The notes under the pieces are model-generated. The model was not told the origin of the DNA. It saw nothing but the letters and a program-made list of their open reading frames with translations, and did no database searches. A stretch of DNA of 63,080 nt, counting the filler, from assembly GCF_002087085.1 (NCBI RefSeq). It is 7 parts of 7 records of this genome, joined end to end, with 100 filler letters (N's around TTAATTAATTAA, not from the genome) between each part and the next. Parts side by side here need not be neighbours in the genome. Positions count along the whole stretch, not along the records: positions 1 to 17,441 come from NZ_MWQY01000036.1; 6 more parts are not named here. The stretch is one strand, 5' to 3'. Position 1 is the stretch's first letter. Every line of letters starts with the position of its first letter. Shown here piece by piece: positions 1-10,711 of the stretch. The position numbers and the translations under genes are program-made.

Positions 1-134
1 CTCCTGACCAGTCCTTCGAGCCCACTGCTTGAACTGGTTTAATGCGCTGGCCCTGCATATTATCCGGACAACTGTTGAAGAGAAGCCGCCTCTCTGGTAC
101 TATGGGCAGCATTATCAGACAACAGGAGATCTTC

Positions 135-2780
135 ATGGGTACCGAAATGTTACCGAAAGCATATAATCCCAAGGATTTTGAAGACCGAATCTACGCAATG
201 TGGGAAGAACAGAACGCCTTTGCTCCTGAGGGCGATGCCCATGAGTCCCCTTTTGTTATTGTCATTCCTCCTCCCAATGTAACCGGTGTTCTTCATATGG
301 GGCACGGTCTTAACAACACCCTGCAGGACATCCTTATCCGATTTTACCGCATGAAGGGCGTTCCTACTCTCTGGGTTCCCGGAACGGATCACGCGGGAAT
401 AGCAACCCAGAATGTCGTGGAGCGGCGCCTGAAGGCCCGGGGGACCGGCAGGCACGAAATCGGCAGGGAGAAGTTCGTCCAGGAGACCTGGAAGGTTAAA
501 GAGGAGCACCACGGAATAATTACCCGCCAGCTCAAGAAGATCGGCGCCTCCTGCGACTGGAGCCGGGAACGCTTTACCCTTGACGAGGGGCTCTCCAGGG
601 CCGTACGGGAGGTCTTTGTCTCCCTCTATGAACGGGGACTGATTTACAAAGGCAATTACCTGGTCAACTGGTGCCCATCCTGCGGAACTGCCCTTGCGGA
701 TGATGAAGTTGAACACCAGGAAGCCCGCGGCCGGCTGACCTGGCTTAAATATCCCCTGGAGGACGGTTCAGGCCATATCCAGGTTGCCACCACACGGCCG
801 GAAACCATGCTCGGCGACACCGCGGTGGCGGTGCATCCCGAGGATGAACGCTATACCCGGCTGGTGGGAAAAAATGTACGCCTTCCCCTGGCGGACCGGC
901 TTATTCCGATCATTGCGGATGCCTACGTGGACCGTGAGTTCGGCTCCGGCGCGGTAAAGATAACCCCCGCCCACGACCCCAACGACTGGGAGATCGGAAA
1001 GCGGCATAATCTCGAGGTAATCAACGTCCTGGCGGAAGACGCCAGCATGAACGAAAACGTCCCGGAAGAGTTCCGGGGACTGCCGGTTCAGGAAGCCAGG
1101 AAAAAGGTGCTTGAGGCCCTGGACGGGCTCGGTGTGGTGGTTGATTCCAAGGAACATGTCCACCAGGTAGGCCACTGCTACCGCTGCGATACGGTTATAG
1201 AACCCTACCTGTCGGAACAGTGGTTCGTGCGTATGCGCTCCCTGGCGGACAAAGCTCTTGAAGCCTGGCGAAAGGAAGAAATCGTATTTTTCCCCAGGAA
1301 GTGGGAAAATACCTACCGCAACTGGCTGGAGGGAATACGGGACTGGTGTATCTCCCGGCAGCTCTGGTGGGGACACCGGATCCCCGTCTGGTACTGTGAG
1401 GAATGCGGCGAGACCATGGTGCTGAGGGATGACCCGGAAGCCTGTTCCAAATGCGGTTCGAAGAAGATCCGGCAGGATGAAGACGTGCTGGACACCTGGT
1501 TCTCCTCCTGGCTCTGGCCGTTCTCCACCCTCGGCTGGCCTGAAAAAACCGAAGACCTCAAGCGATTTTATCCTACCACCGCACTGGTGACCGGTTACGA
1601 TATCATCTTTTTCTGGGTTTCCCGGATGATTATGGCGGGACTTGAGTTCATGGAAAAGGTACCCTTCCGGGACATCTATATAACCGGGCTGGTCAGGGAC
1701 AAACAGGGCCGCAAGATGTCCAAGTCCCTGGGCAACGGTATAGATCCCCTGGAGGTGGTCGATACCTACGGCGCGGATGCCATGCGCTTTACCCTGGTTT
1801 TCCTTGCGTCCCAGGGACAGGATATCCTCATAGACATGGACAGCTTCAAACTGGGCAGCAAGTTCGCGAACAAGATATGGAATGCCGCCCGCTTTCTGCT
1901 GATGAACATGGAGGGACGTACCCTGAAATCCCTGGAAGAGTGTGAACTGAACCAGGTTGACCTCTGGATTCTGCATCAGCTGAACGAAGCCGCAGCTACG
2001 GTAAACCGCGCCATTACCGGCTATCGCTTTAATGAAGCCGCCCAGGCTGTTTACGAGTTTTTCTGGAACGACTTCTGCGACTGGTACATCGAAGCTTCAA
2101 AACTCTCCCTCTATTCGGACGACGAGGCAGAGAGGGACCGGGCGGCAAGCCTGCTGGCGGCCATTCTGGAAGAATCCCTGAGACTGCTGCACCCCTTTGT
2201 CTCTTTCCTCACGGAAGAAATCTACCAGAAACTTCCCCTGAAGACGGGAATTCTGATCAGCGCTAAATATCCTGAATACCGCGAAGAGCGCCGCTCGGAT
2301 GCTACGGTCCGGCAGTTCGGCCTGCTTCAGGACATGATCCGCGGAGTGCGGACCCTTCGCAGCGAATTTACTGTTCCTCCGGAGAAGAAAGTGAGGGTAC
2401 TGGTTAAGGTCGATCCTGGTTTCCCGGCTGCCGACTTTTTTCAGAACCACAGCGCCCTGGCTAAAAATCTTATGAGTGCCTCAGAACTCGTAATCGGGGA
2501 TGACATCAGCGTCGAGGAGGGCGCTATCCCTGTGGCGGGAAGCGGCTATGAGAGTTTTGTCTATATCCGGGACGCCATCGATGTGGAAGCAGAAACCGCA
2601 AAAATGGAAAAAGAGATAGGCAAGCTGATGAAGCTGATAAAATCCACCGAAGGAAAACTCTCCAACGACAAGTTTATCTCCAATGCCCCGGAAGAGGTTA
2701 TTGCCAAGGAACGGGAAAAACTGAGCGAGTTTCAGGAACGGAGTACCAAGCTCTCACGCTATATCGAGGAACTGAAGTAG
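135..2780 (+). CDS. valS: Valine--tRNA ligase
   Basis: PPPNVTGVLHMGH (HIGH-like), KMSKS, DWCISRQLWWGHRIP and a C-terminal coiled coil. Start placed at ATG 135 after AGGAG. Confidence 0.98.
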   Translation: MGTEMLPKAYNPKDFEDRIYAMWEEQNAFAPEGDAHESPFVIVIPPPNVTGVLHMGHGLNNTLQDILIRFYRMKGVPTLWVPGTDHAGIATQNVVERRLKARGTGRHEIGREKFVQETWKVKEEHHGIITRQLKKIGASCDWSRERFTLDEGLSRAVREVFVSLYERGLIYKGNYLVNWCPSCGTALADDEVEHQEARGRLTWLKYPLEDGSGHIQVATTRPETMLGDTAVAVHPEDERYTRLVGKNVRLPLADRLIPIIADAYVDREFGSGAVKITPAHDPNDWEIGKRHNLEVINVLAEDASMNENVPEEFRGLPVQEARKKVLEALDGLGVVVDSKEHVHQVGHCYRCDTVIEPYLSEQWFVRMRSLADKALEAWRKEEIVFFPRKWENTYRNWLEGIRDWCISRQLWWGHRIPVWYCEECGETMVLRDDPEACSKCGSKKIRQDEDVLDTWFSSWLWPFSTLGWPEKTEDLKRFYPTTALVTGYDIIFFWVSRMIMAGLEFMEKVPFRDIYITGLVRDKQGRKMSKSLGNGIDPLEVVDTYGADAMRFTLVFLASQGQDILIDMDSFKLGSKFANKIWNAARFLLMNMEGRTLKSLEECELNQVDLWILHQLNEAAATVNRAITGYRFNEAAQAVYEFFWNDFCDWYIEASKLSLYSDDEAERDRAASLLAAILEESLRLLHPFVSFLTEEIYQKLPLKTGILISAKYPEYREERRSDATVRQFGLLQDMIRGVRTLRSEFTVPPEKKVRVLVKVDPGFPAADFFQNHSALAKNLMSASELVIGDDISVEEGAIPVAGSGYESFVYIRDAIDVEAETAKMEKEIGKLMKLIKSTEGKLSNDKFISNAPEEVIAKEREKLSEFQERSTKLSRYIEELK

Positions 2781-2801
2781 CCGTCGGCGCAGATTCGGGG
2801 T

Positions 2802-3287
2802 ATGGGAATGACTACAGGCCTCTATGTCGTAACACTGGCAGTGCTGGGCATATCTTTTTGTAAAGACAGAGAAAAGACGTTCATGGCCTTGAAAAAAGCC
2901 TGGAAGGCCTTTGAGAACATCATGCCCCAGTTTCTGGGAGTTCTCATACTTACCGGGATTATGATTGCCGTGCTGAACCCGCGCCTTATATCCCGGATTA
3001 TAGGGGTCGAGTCCGGCTGGGCCGGTACTGTACTGGCGGCACTGGTGGGAGCCTTGACCCTGATTCCCGGTTTTGTGGCTTTTCCTACTGCTTCCCTGCT
3101 TCTTGAGAACGGGGCCGGTTATATGCAGATTGCCGCCTTTGTCTCGGCCCTGATGATGGTGGGGGTCGTTACCTTTCCTGTGGAGATAAGCTATTTCGGA
3201 AGAAAAGCCACGGTACTCCGCAACCTTTTCGCCTTCATTTTTACCTTTCTCGTTGCCGGAATAATAGCCTGGGTGCATGCATGGTAA
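2802..3287 (+). CDS. Predicted permease, half-size subunit 1 (DUF318/ArsP-like)
   Basis: Hydrophobic multi-TM protein with TLIPGFVAFP motif; overlaps the next permease gene. Confidence 0.75.
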   Translation: MGMTTGLYVVTLAVLGISFCKDREKTFMALKKAWKAFENIMPQFLGVLILTGIMIAVLNPRLISRIIGVESGWAGTVLAALVGALTLIPGFVAFPTASLLLENGAGYMQIAAFVSALMMVGVVTFPVEISYFGRKATVLRNLFAFIFTFLVAGIIAWVHAW

Positions 3288-3838
3288 AGCGACTTGTCAG
3301 ACGCTACCGTTTTTTTCTTACCATGCTTGTTTTGCTGATGCTGCTGTGTGCTTTTAACAGCGGTATGGCCCGCAGGGCGGTTGAGGTAAGCGTTTTCAGT
3401 GTGCGGGAGATGCTGCTTATACTACCACCCATCTTTATACTCCTTGGAATGCTCGATGTATGGGTGCCCCGGCACACCATGGTACGCTTTATGGGAAAGG
3501 AGTCAGGAATAAAGGGCGTAGTGCTTGCCGTGCTCATCGGGTCGGCGGCAGCAGGACCGCTGTACGGTGCTTTTCCGGTGGCAGCGGTTTTCCTGAAAAA
3601 AGGAGCCAGTTTTAAGAATATATTCATATTTCTCGGCGCCTGGTCGACGACCAAAATCCCCATGTTTCTTTTTGAACTGGAGGCCCTCGGCGCACCCTTC
3701 GCCCTGACCCGTATGATTGTGAACATTCCCGGAATCATAATAATCGCCCATGTGCTGACCGCGTTTCTGAACAATCATGACCGACTGGAGATTGTCCGCC
3801 GGGTGGAGATAATGAACAGGGAGCAGCCGAAGGGGTAA
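3281..3838 (+). CDS. Predicted permease, half-size subunit 2 (DUF318/ArsP-like)
   Basis: GSAAAGPLYGAFPVA and GAWSTTKIP motifs, multi-TM; typical partner of the upstream gene. Confidence 0.75.
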   Translation: MVKRLVRRYRFFLTMLVLLMLLCAFNSGMARRAVEVSVFSVREMLLILPPIFILLGMLDVWVPRHTMVRFMGKESGIKGVVLAVLIGSAAAGPLYGAFPVAAVFLKKGASFKNIFIFLGAWSTTKIPMFLFELEALGAPFALTRMIVNIPGIIIIAHVLTAFLNNHDRLEIVRRVEIMNREQPKG

Positions 3839-3858
3839 GAACCAGTCAATCCTGCTGA

Positions 3859-4989
3859 TCAGACCAGAGAAAACAGCGTAACAGCGTCCACCCGGTTTCT
3901 GCCGCTCATTTTTGCCTGGTACAGGCGCATATCCGCGATCTTGAGCAGGGAGTCCAGATCGGGAAACTCCCTGAAGGATGCAATACCGAAACTGGCGGTG
4001 ACTTTTTTATTGTGCTGAAATGTATACTCTCCTATGAGGAGCCTCAGGCGCTCCGCTATCCCCTCGGCATGGGGAATATCCGCTTCCGGGCATATAATAA
4101 GAAACTCTTCTCCCCCCCAGCGTCCGCAGGTGTCGACCTCCCTGATGTTTCCCGAAAGGATTGCAGAGATCTGCCTGAGAACGATATCTCCCAGGTGATG
4201 TCCGAAGGTATCGTTTATATGCTTGAAATGATCGATGTCCAGAATTATCACGGAGAAATCGGACGCATAGCGTTCCGCCCTGGCATGCACCTCCTTAAGA
4301 ACGCTGTTTATATTTCTCCGGTTGTACAGATCCGTCAGTTCGTCCCGGATGGAGCGTTCCCGGAGTTCCTCGTTCTTTTTCTCGATCTCTTTTCTGTTCA
4401 GGAAGATACTTACAAAGTTGCGATAGTTCATGGCCGAGACTATCCAGGCGATGATTCCGTTGGAGCTGATATCCGCAATATAGCGGGTCGTCAGAGTTCC
4501 TGGATGATAGAGGGGAGTCAGCAGGATTATTGAGAGGCTTAGAAGGGCATACAGGAACAGCCCGTAGCCATAGGAGAGATAAAATAGAACGGCCACACCG
4601 TAGAGCACGGCAATATAGATAGTAGGAATGCGGAGCATGTCGAATTCGAAAAAGAGCAGCCGGATAAGGGCAACTCCCATTCCAAGGATTCCAAGACTGA
4701 GCTCATGGATCTTGTGGTGTATACCAATATTTTCAGGCTTATGCAGGATAAAAAAGCCGCAGACCAGGGACATCAGAAGCATGGCAAAGGCGGAGATATA
4801 ATAGACGGCGTGAAGACTGGAACCTCTCCCGCTGACAAAGATTCCGTAAAAAAGCTGTTCAAAGACGAGAAACACGGAGATGATAAAAATCCGCTGATTG
4901 TTCCGCTGAAATCTGTACCCGTCAAAGTCGCTTTTAAGGTTTTCTGTAACCTGGGGGAACATCTGTGGCAAATATTTTGTAATAATCAT
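3859..4989 (-). CDS. Membrane-bound diguanylate cyclase
   Basis: N-terminal TM helices; DELTDLYNRR, DIDHFKHIND, intact RWGGEEF and an RxxD I-site (REVD). Confidence 0.93.
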   Translation of the reverse strand: MIITKYLPQMFPQVTENLKSDFDGYRFQRNNQRIFIISVFLVFEQLFYGIFVSGRGSSLHAVYYISAFAMLLMSLVCGFFILHKPENIGIHHKIHELSLGILGMGVALIRLLFFEFDMLRIPTIYIAVLYGVAVLFYLSYGYGLFLYALLSLSIILLTPLYHPGTLTTRYIADISSNGIIAWIVSAMNYRNFVSIFLNRKEIEKKNEELRERSIRDELTDLYNRRNINSVLKEVHARAERYASDFSVIILDIDHFKHINDTFGHHLGDIVLRQISAILSGNIREVDTCGRWGGEEFLIICPEADIPHAEGIAERLRLLIGEYTFQHNKKVTASFGIASFREFPDLDSLLKIADMRLYQAKMSGRNRVDAVTLFSLV

Positions 4990-5135
4990 TATCGTATTCT
5001 TTTTCAGCCATAGTACCTGTCGCGTATGAAAATATCAAGGGGAAGCCGGAATTACCTGCCCGCTGCAGGCATTTTCCTGCAGGCTGCATTATAATATAAA
5101 ATGTAATGGAATGCAGAATACGTAAGGGGAGTACA

Positions 5136-6197
5136 ATGAAAATACTGATTTCCGTAATCCTTTGTATCGGTATTTTGACCAGCATTTTTTCCCAGCAGAA
5201 TGACTATAACGAATATTTTGCCAAAAAGGCCCAATTGCACATACTCGTAAACGACATTGACCTGGCAAACAAACGAATCAACGGTATCATCTCCGAACTG
5301 AGTCTCAAGGTCGATGCCATCAACATCGATAATCAGCGCCTTGTAAGTGAATATACTCTGGTTACCGACAAAGAGAAGCTGGATTCCCTTATTCAGCGCT
5401 TCGAAAACCTGGGCAGTATCGATCTTAAGAATATCGAAACCAGGAATAATATCAACGATCTGGAAGCCAATGCCTTCGAAGTGGAATATCTTGAGAGCAG
5501 AAAACTCAAGTACCAGCAGGCACTGGAACAGGTTGACCCTGAGGCTGATTCTGAAACCTATCGTTCCCTGTGGAATGAGATACGGGAAACAGAAGAGCAA
5601 CTCTACCAGAAACGGAAAACCGAGATGGAGCTGCGGGATGATGTTCAAAACTCAACCCTGGTCTTCAAGGTGTCTGAGAAGACTGTTCAGTATCTGAACG
5701 ATCAGGGAGACTTCCCCGATTTTATCAATATGCCGGGATTGGAAACCTTCCTCTATGTTATCGAAAATCCTGAAAAGGAGATCAGCGCAGACATCTATGC
5801 CGGTGGAGCATTGCGGTACATGTTTACCATGGGTAAATCGTTTTTTACCGTGGGAATCCTGAAACCCCTGCGCGGCCGGGACAGGGATATACAGGGGCAG
5901 GCCAATGATATTGTAACCTACAGTATCGGCAAGGATTTTTATCCCCGATATCTCGGTCAGGGAAAGAGGACCTATTTCAATCCATACAGCGGTTTTCAGC
6001 TGGGTGGAATGGTTCTAACCTCTGAAGAGGAAATCACCCATTTTTTTACCGCCGAACCCCATCTGGGACTTGAGATATTCAAGAACAAATACATCATCGT
6101 GGACTTTCGTCTGGGATATCTGTTTCCCCTGGATGAAGAGAAGGTCAAGGTTATGCGCGGCCTTACGAACAATTTCAGTGTCAACATTGTGTTCTAA
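5136..6197 (+). CDS. Exported protein: DUF4349-like coiled-coil N-terminus plus predicted outer-membrane beta-barrel
   Basis: Signal peptide MKILISVILCIGILTSIFSQ, coiled coil, alternating beta-strand C-terminal half ending in Phe. RBS GGGGAG precedes ATG 5136. Confidence 0.55.
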   Translation: MKILISVILCIGILTSIFSQQNDYNEYFAKKAQLHILVNDIDLANKRINGIISELSLKVDAINIDNQRLVSEYTLVTDKEKLDSLIQRFENLGSIDLKNIETRNNINDLEANAFEVEYLESRKLKYQQALEQVDPEADSETYRSLWNEIRETEEQLYQKRKTEMELRDDVQNSTLVFKVSEKTVQYLNDQGDFPDFINMPGLETFLYVIENPEKEISADIYAGGALRYMFTMGKSFFTVGILKPLRGRDRDIQGQANDIVTYSIGKDFYPRYLGQGKRTYFNPYSGFQLGGMVLTSEEEITHFFTAEPHLGLEIFKNKYIIVDFRLGYLFPLDEEKVKVMRGLTNNFSVNIVF

Positions 6198-6293
6198 AAT
6201 CTGTGGAACAGTATATGCCGAGTCATAAACGTTGAATTAACGGAACAGCAAAAGACTTGATATTAAATTATTCACCCAGTATGGTAGGCCCTT

Positions 6294-7661
6294 ATGGATA
6301 AAACCCAACGAATTGAACTCCTGCGCAGCGGCGAGATAGGCACAGCTCTTCGAACTCTGGCAATACCGGCGGCCACCGCGATGATGGTGAACGCAATTTA
6401 CAATGTAGTGGATACCGCTTTTATCGGTATGCTGAACGATACCGCCGCCATAGGGGCGGCTGCCATTCTGTTCCCGATTTTCATGCTTATCGGCGCCATC
6501 GGCCTGACCTTCGGCATGGGCTCCGCCTCCCTTATTTCCCGGCAGCTGGGTGAACAGAATGTCGAGGGAGCCATAAGCACTGCCTCCACGGCTTTCTATT
6601 CTACCCTCATAATAGGCGTGACCTTCGCTATATTCGGCAATATTTACATAGAGGAGATCCTGATCCTTTTCGGAGCCACCGACACGATTCTTGACCGTGC
6701 TGTTCTGTACGGACGGATAATAATCGGCGGTTCCTTTTTCCAGATCCTCAATATGTGCATGAACAATCTGCTGAGGGCGGAAGGGGCTGCCAGGTACAGC
6801 AGTATAGCCCTGATAACCGGCGGGGTGCTGAATATCATCTTTGATCCTGTCTTTATGTTTGTTCTCGATTTCGGACTGGCCGGCGCTGCCCTGGCTACCA
6901 TCAGTGCGCAGATGGTAAGTACTCTCTATCTGCTCTATTATTTTCTGAGCGACAGAGGGGTCCTGAAGATACGGCTCAGGGATTTCTCTCCCCGCCTTGG
7001 TCTGTACCGGGACATAATGACCATTGGACTTCCCACCTTTTTTCGACAGGTACTGACCAGTATTGCCATGGGTATGTTCAATAATGCAGCCGCGGCCTAC
7101 GGAGACCCGGCGGTGGCGGCAATTGGAATTGTCATGCGGGTAGTCTCACTGCTCATGATGGCCATATTCGGCATCGGGCAGGGACTGCAGCCCCTGGCGG
7201 GGTATAACTTTGGCGCCCGGCAGTTCTCCCGGGTCATAGATGCCACCAAAAAAGCCCTGACCTGGAGCACTGTCTTTGCGGGGTGTATGGCAGCAGCGTT
7301 CTTTGTTTTTGCCCGCTGGATTGTGCTGGCTTTTTCCCAGGATCCGGAGGTCGTGACCCTGGGGGTACAGGCCTTTCGCTTTCTCAGTACCACCATGATC
7401 TTTGTCGGCAGCCAGGTCGTTTTCAGCACCCTCTTTCAGGCCCTGGGAAAGGGCCGCCAGGCCGGAATCCTGGCAGTCGCGCGGCAGGGAATATTCTTTA
7501 TTCCTCTGGTACTGATTCTTCCCGGACTGTGGGGTCTGAACGGGGTGTTCCTGGCCCAGCCTGCGGCGGACATTCTGGCCTTTATCGTTACGGCGGTACT
7601 GGCAGCAGTGGAGATGGCTGAGCTGAAAAAGATGCGGGAAACCCGTGAGGTGAAGGAGTAA
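6294..7661 (+). CDS. MATE family efflux transporter (MepA-like)
   Basis: About 12 TMs; YNVVDTAFIG, LNIIFDP and QPLAGYNFGA motifs. Confidence 0.93.
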   Translation: MDKTQRIELLRSGEIGTALRTLAIPAATAMMVNAIYNVVDTAFIGMLNDTAAIGAAAILFPIFMLIGAIGLTFGMGSASLISRQLGEQNVEGAISTASTAFYSTLIIGVTFAIFGNIYIEEILILFGATDTILDRAVLYGRIIIGGSFFQILNMCMNNLLRAEGAARYSSIALITGGVLNIIFDPVFMFVLDFGLAGAALATISAQMVSTLYLLYYFLSDRGVLKIRLRDFSPRLGLYRDIMTIGLPTFFRQVLTSIAMGMFNNAAAAYGDPAVAAIGIVMRVVSLLMMAIFGIGQGLQPLAGYNFGARQFSRVIDATKKALTWSTVFAGCMAAAFFVFARWIVLAFSQDPEVVTLGVQAFRFLSTTMIFVGSQVVFSTLFQALGKGRQAGILAVARQGIFFIPLVLILPGLWGLNGVFLAQPAADILAFIVTAVLAAVEMAELKKMRETREVKE

Positions 7662-7672
7662 CAGGATCGGCG

Positions 7673-10069
7673 GTGAAAAAAAATACGATTGAACTCCTTG
7701 CCCCCGGCGGAGACGCCCGGTCGGTCAAGGCCGCAATTCTTGCGGGAGCCGACGCGGTTTACCTGGGGGTAGGAGATTTTAACGCCCGCAAAAGGGCGGT
7801 AAATATTCGTCCGGAGGACCTCCCGGAGCTGTGCAGTCTGGCGCACCGGTACGGTTGCAGAATTTATCTCACCCTGAATATCCTCGCCTTCGAGGAAGAG
7901 TTTTCAGCCCTTTCGGATCTGCTTGACCGGACAGTGAGGTTCGGTATCGATGCCGTCATTATCCAGGACTATGGGCTATTGCAGCATGTCCGCCGCGCCT
8001 TTCCTGATCTGGAGATACATGCCTCCACCCAGATGACCACTCATAATACCGGACAGTTGAAGCTGCTTGCCGAAAGCGGTGTAAAACAGGTCAATTTTGC
8101 CCGGGAGCTTTCCCTGTCTGAGCTGACTGAACTGACCGCTGCAGCTCATAAAGAGGGGCTTAAGGCAGAAGTATTTGTGCACGGTGCGTACTGCGTCTCC
8201 TTTTCCGGACAGTGTTACATGTCGGGACTGCTCTACGAGAACAGCGCCAACAGGGGAGCCTGCGTTCAGCCCTGCCGCAGAGATTACAAACCTGAATCGG
8301 GAAGCAGGGGGGACGGCAGTAAGGTTCTGAACCTCAAGGACAATTCAGTTTTCTCCCGGGCGGCGGATCTTTATGCGGCAGGAGTCGATTCCCTCAAAAT
8401 AGAAGGACGGATCAAGGGCTATGAGTACGTGTACAGCACCGTACTCTCCTGGAGGGAACAGCTCGACAGGGTATACGCGGGAAAAGACCCTGCCGGGAAG
8501 GATTCCCGGCTTTCCGTGGTTTTCAACCGATCCTTCAGCGACAACCTCATTCAAGGCCGACTGGGGGCCGATTCCTTTACCCCCGACAGCAGAGACCAGT
8601 CCCTGTTTCCCGCAGGACGGGTGGATGCTTACAATGCCAGGGATGGGGAGCTTATTGTTTCCCGGGACACGCAGCTTTCCACCGGGCAGAGCATTACCGT
8701 TACGGAGAACAGCGGCAGCTTTATCTGTACCGGGACCCTGGGGGAGAGTACCGGAAACCGGGGCTTCCGCTTCCGTATTGAACACAAGCTGATGGGAAAG
8801 ATAAAAAAAGGCCAGCTGATTCTTGCGCAAGCACGGCTGATAGATTTTTCTGCGATAGATGACAGAATCTCCTCCATGTCTGCGGACCCGGAAAAGTTGC
8901 CCCTCGAGTTCAGTCTGCGGGGAAAAGCAGGAGAAGCCCTGGAGCTTACCGCGAGTTTCCGGGGGACAGGCGTTACTCTTGTCGCTGATGTTCTTCTCGA
9001 GAAAGCAACGGGGCATCCGACAAGTCCCGAAACGATTAAAAAGCAGCTTTCCCGCCTGGGGAATACTCCGTTTTACCTGAGTTCCTGTGATCTTGACTGC
9101 CTGGAAGGGGGCCTTTTTATTCCGCTGGCAGTACTGAACGATCTGCGCCGAAAAGCCGTTGCGGCTTTTGAAGCGGATCTGAAGGGTGAATCAGAAAAGG
9201 CAAAGCCCCTCACGCTGGTGCCCGGTGACTTGCCCGAAAGCCCACGGATAGCCCTTGCGGTGGCGGACAGGGAACAGCTGAAACAGATCCCCGACGACGG
9301 ATCGGTGCTCCCGGTTTTTCAGCTCCCCGCGGACGCTGAGGTCCTGGCAGAGGTAGCGCCCCTGTTTGATGAGTACCCGGACCTGATCCCCTGGTTTCCT
9401 TCGATTCTGATAGGACCGCAATATACGGCGGCCGGCGATTTTCTTCTGCGGACAGGAGCCGGGCAGATAATAACCGACAACAGCGGAATCGCCTGCCTGG
9501 CCCGGGAACGGGGCATTCCCTGGATTGCCGGGCCATTATTGAATGCCACCAACGGTTACGCCCTGGACTTCTTCCGGCAGCACGGTGCAGCGGGGGCCTT
9601 TTGTTCTTCCGAGCTGGAGGATTCTCGCTTCGATGGTATTACTGTTCCGGCGGGGATAGAACTATGGGCGCCTTTCGCAGGGCCCGATTTCCTGATGAAG
9701 AGCCGGCACTGCATTGTACGGAACTGCAGGGACTGCGGAAAACGCGTTATGGATGCACGCTGTCTCCCGGATTGTAGCCGAAGCGCTGAAATTACGGATA
9801 CACAGGGTAACGAGATCCTGGTTATCAAGAGCAGAGGAGATTACAACAGTCTCTATCGAAAGGGCCTCAGGGTTCATACCGACCGTTTAAAGGATCCCCG
9901 GGTCAGGACCTGGCTTCTTGATCTCCGGGTGCGACACAGGTCGATGCAGCCGGACTGCTCCATTCCGCAGTTTATCGAGTACGCCCAGGGTCAGATACGG
10001 GGGGCTGGAAGTTCAAAAGCTTCTCCCGGCATAATGCCCGGGAGCCCAGTGAAAGGCGGGTGCCCGTGA
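7673..10069 (+). CDS. Peptidase U32 family protein with DUF3656 (RlhA-like RNA hydroxylase)
   Basis: ELLAPGG, HASTQ, EVFVHGAYCVSFSGQCY, NRGACVQPCR, LKIEGR and LSRLGNTPF. Confidence 0.9.
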   Translation: MKKNTIELLAPGGDARSVKAAILAGADAVYLGVGDFNARKRAVNIRPEDLPELCSLAHRYGCRIYLTLNILAFEEEFSALSDLLDRTVRFGIDAVIIQDYGLLQHVRRAFPDLEIHASTQMTTHNTGQLKLLAESGVKQVNFARELSLSELTELTAAAHKEGLKAEVFVHGAYCVSFSGQCYMSGLLYENSANRGACVQPCRRDYKPESGSRGDGSKVLNLKDNSVFSRAADLYAAGVDSLKIEGRIKGYEYVYSTVLSWREQLDRVYAGKDPAGKDSRLSVVFNRSFSDNLIQGRLGADSFTPDSRDQSLFPAGRVDAYNARDGELIVSRDTQLSTGQSITVTENSGSFICTGTLGESTGNRGFRFRIEHKLMGKIKKGQLILAQARLIDFSAIDDRISSMSADPEKLPLEFSLRGKAGEALELTASFRGTGVTLVADVLLEKATGHPTSPETIKKQLSRLGNTPFYLSSCDLDCLEGGLFIPLAVLNDLRRKAVAAFEADLKGESEKAKPLTLVPGDLPESPRIALAVADREQLKQIPDDGSVLPVFQLPADAEVLAEVAPLFDEYPDLIPWFPSILIGPQYTAAGDFLLRTGAGQIITDNSGIACLARERGIPWIAGPLLNATNGYALDFFRQHGAAGAFCSSELEDSRFDGITVPAGIELWAPFAGPDFLMKSRHCIVRNCRDCGKRVMDARCLPDCSRSAEITDTQGNEILVIKSRGDYNSLYRKGLRVHTDRLKDPRVRTWLLDLRVRHRSMQPDCSIPQFIEYAQGQIRGAGSSKASPGIMPGSPVKGGCP

Positions 10070-10710
10070 AAAAGCTGACGCGGGTGTCCTTTTTTCTGTT
10101 GCTGCTCTGTACGGCCTATACTCAGGGGCGTGCCGCCGAGGAGCCTGCAATTGACGTTCCCTATTATACCCAGGGCAGGGATGCCCCCTGGGCTGATGAG
10201 ACACTGGGGCTTCGGTCGTCGGTTACTATTCGTACCCACGGCTGCGCCCTGACATGCATCGCCATGGTGTACTCCTATTTTACCGGAGACGACGTCAATC
10301 CTTCGATTATGAATCGCTGGCTGAAAGGGAACAACGGGTTCAAGGACGACGAAGACATAAGCGACTACTCCGGACAGGTGGTTCTTAACTGGCCGGCCCT
10401 GACCCATTACGGGGACGGCTGGGTCTACACACGTTTTAACTGGCGGGCCCTTCCGGCGGATCTGCTGCTGGTTAAATACTACCTTGGAAGGAGGATCCCC
10501 GTTATCGCCGAGGTCCTCTATAAGGGTGCACCCCATTATGTTGTGTTGACAGGCTACGGAGAGAAGGGATTTACTATGCATGACCCGGAGCAGCCCGGAG
10601 CGAAAATCTTTAACGATTTCTACAACATCCGGGACGAGCATGGTTCAGGCCCCGGGAGGAATATTTACGGAATACGGGTGCTGTATCCGAAGGGCTATGG
10701 GGATGAGTAA
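10066..10710 (+). CDS. Exported peptidase C39-like protein
   Basis: Signal peptide; VPYYTQ..W, GCALTC, HYVVLTGY and HDP papain-like motifs. Confidence 0.8.
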   Translation: MKKLTRVSFFLLLLCTAYTQGRAAEEPAIDVPYYTQGRDAPWADETLGLRSSVTIRTHGCALTCIAMVYSYFTGDDVNPSIMNRWLKGNNGFKDDEDISDYSGQVVLNWPALTHYGDGWVYTRFNWRALPADLLLVKYYLGRRIPVIAEVLYKGAPHYVVLTGYGEKGFTMHDPEQPGAKIFNDFYNIRDEHGSGPGRNIYGIRVLYPKGYGDE

Positions 10711-10711
10711 T

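Noticed and set aside
768..1976. Long antisense ORFs (also 47766-49424, 45968-46777 and many shorter ones)
   Set aside because: They are shadows of well-supported genes on the opposite strand in GC-rich DNA, with no recognisable motifs.
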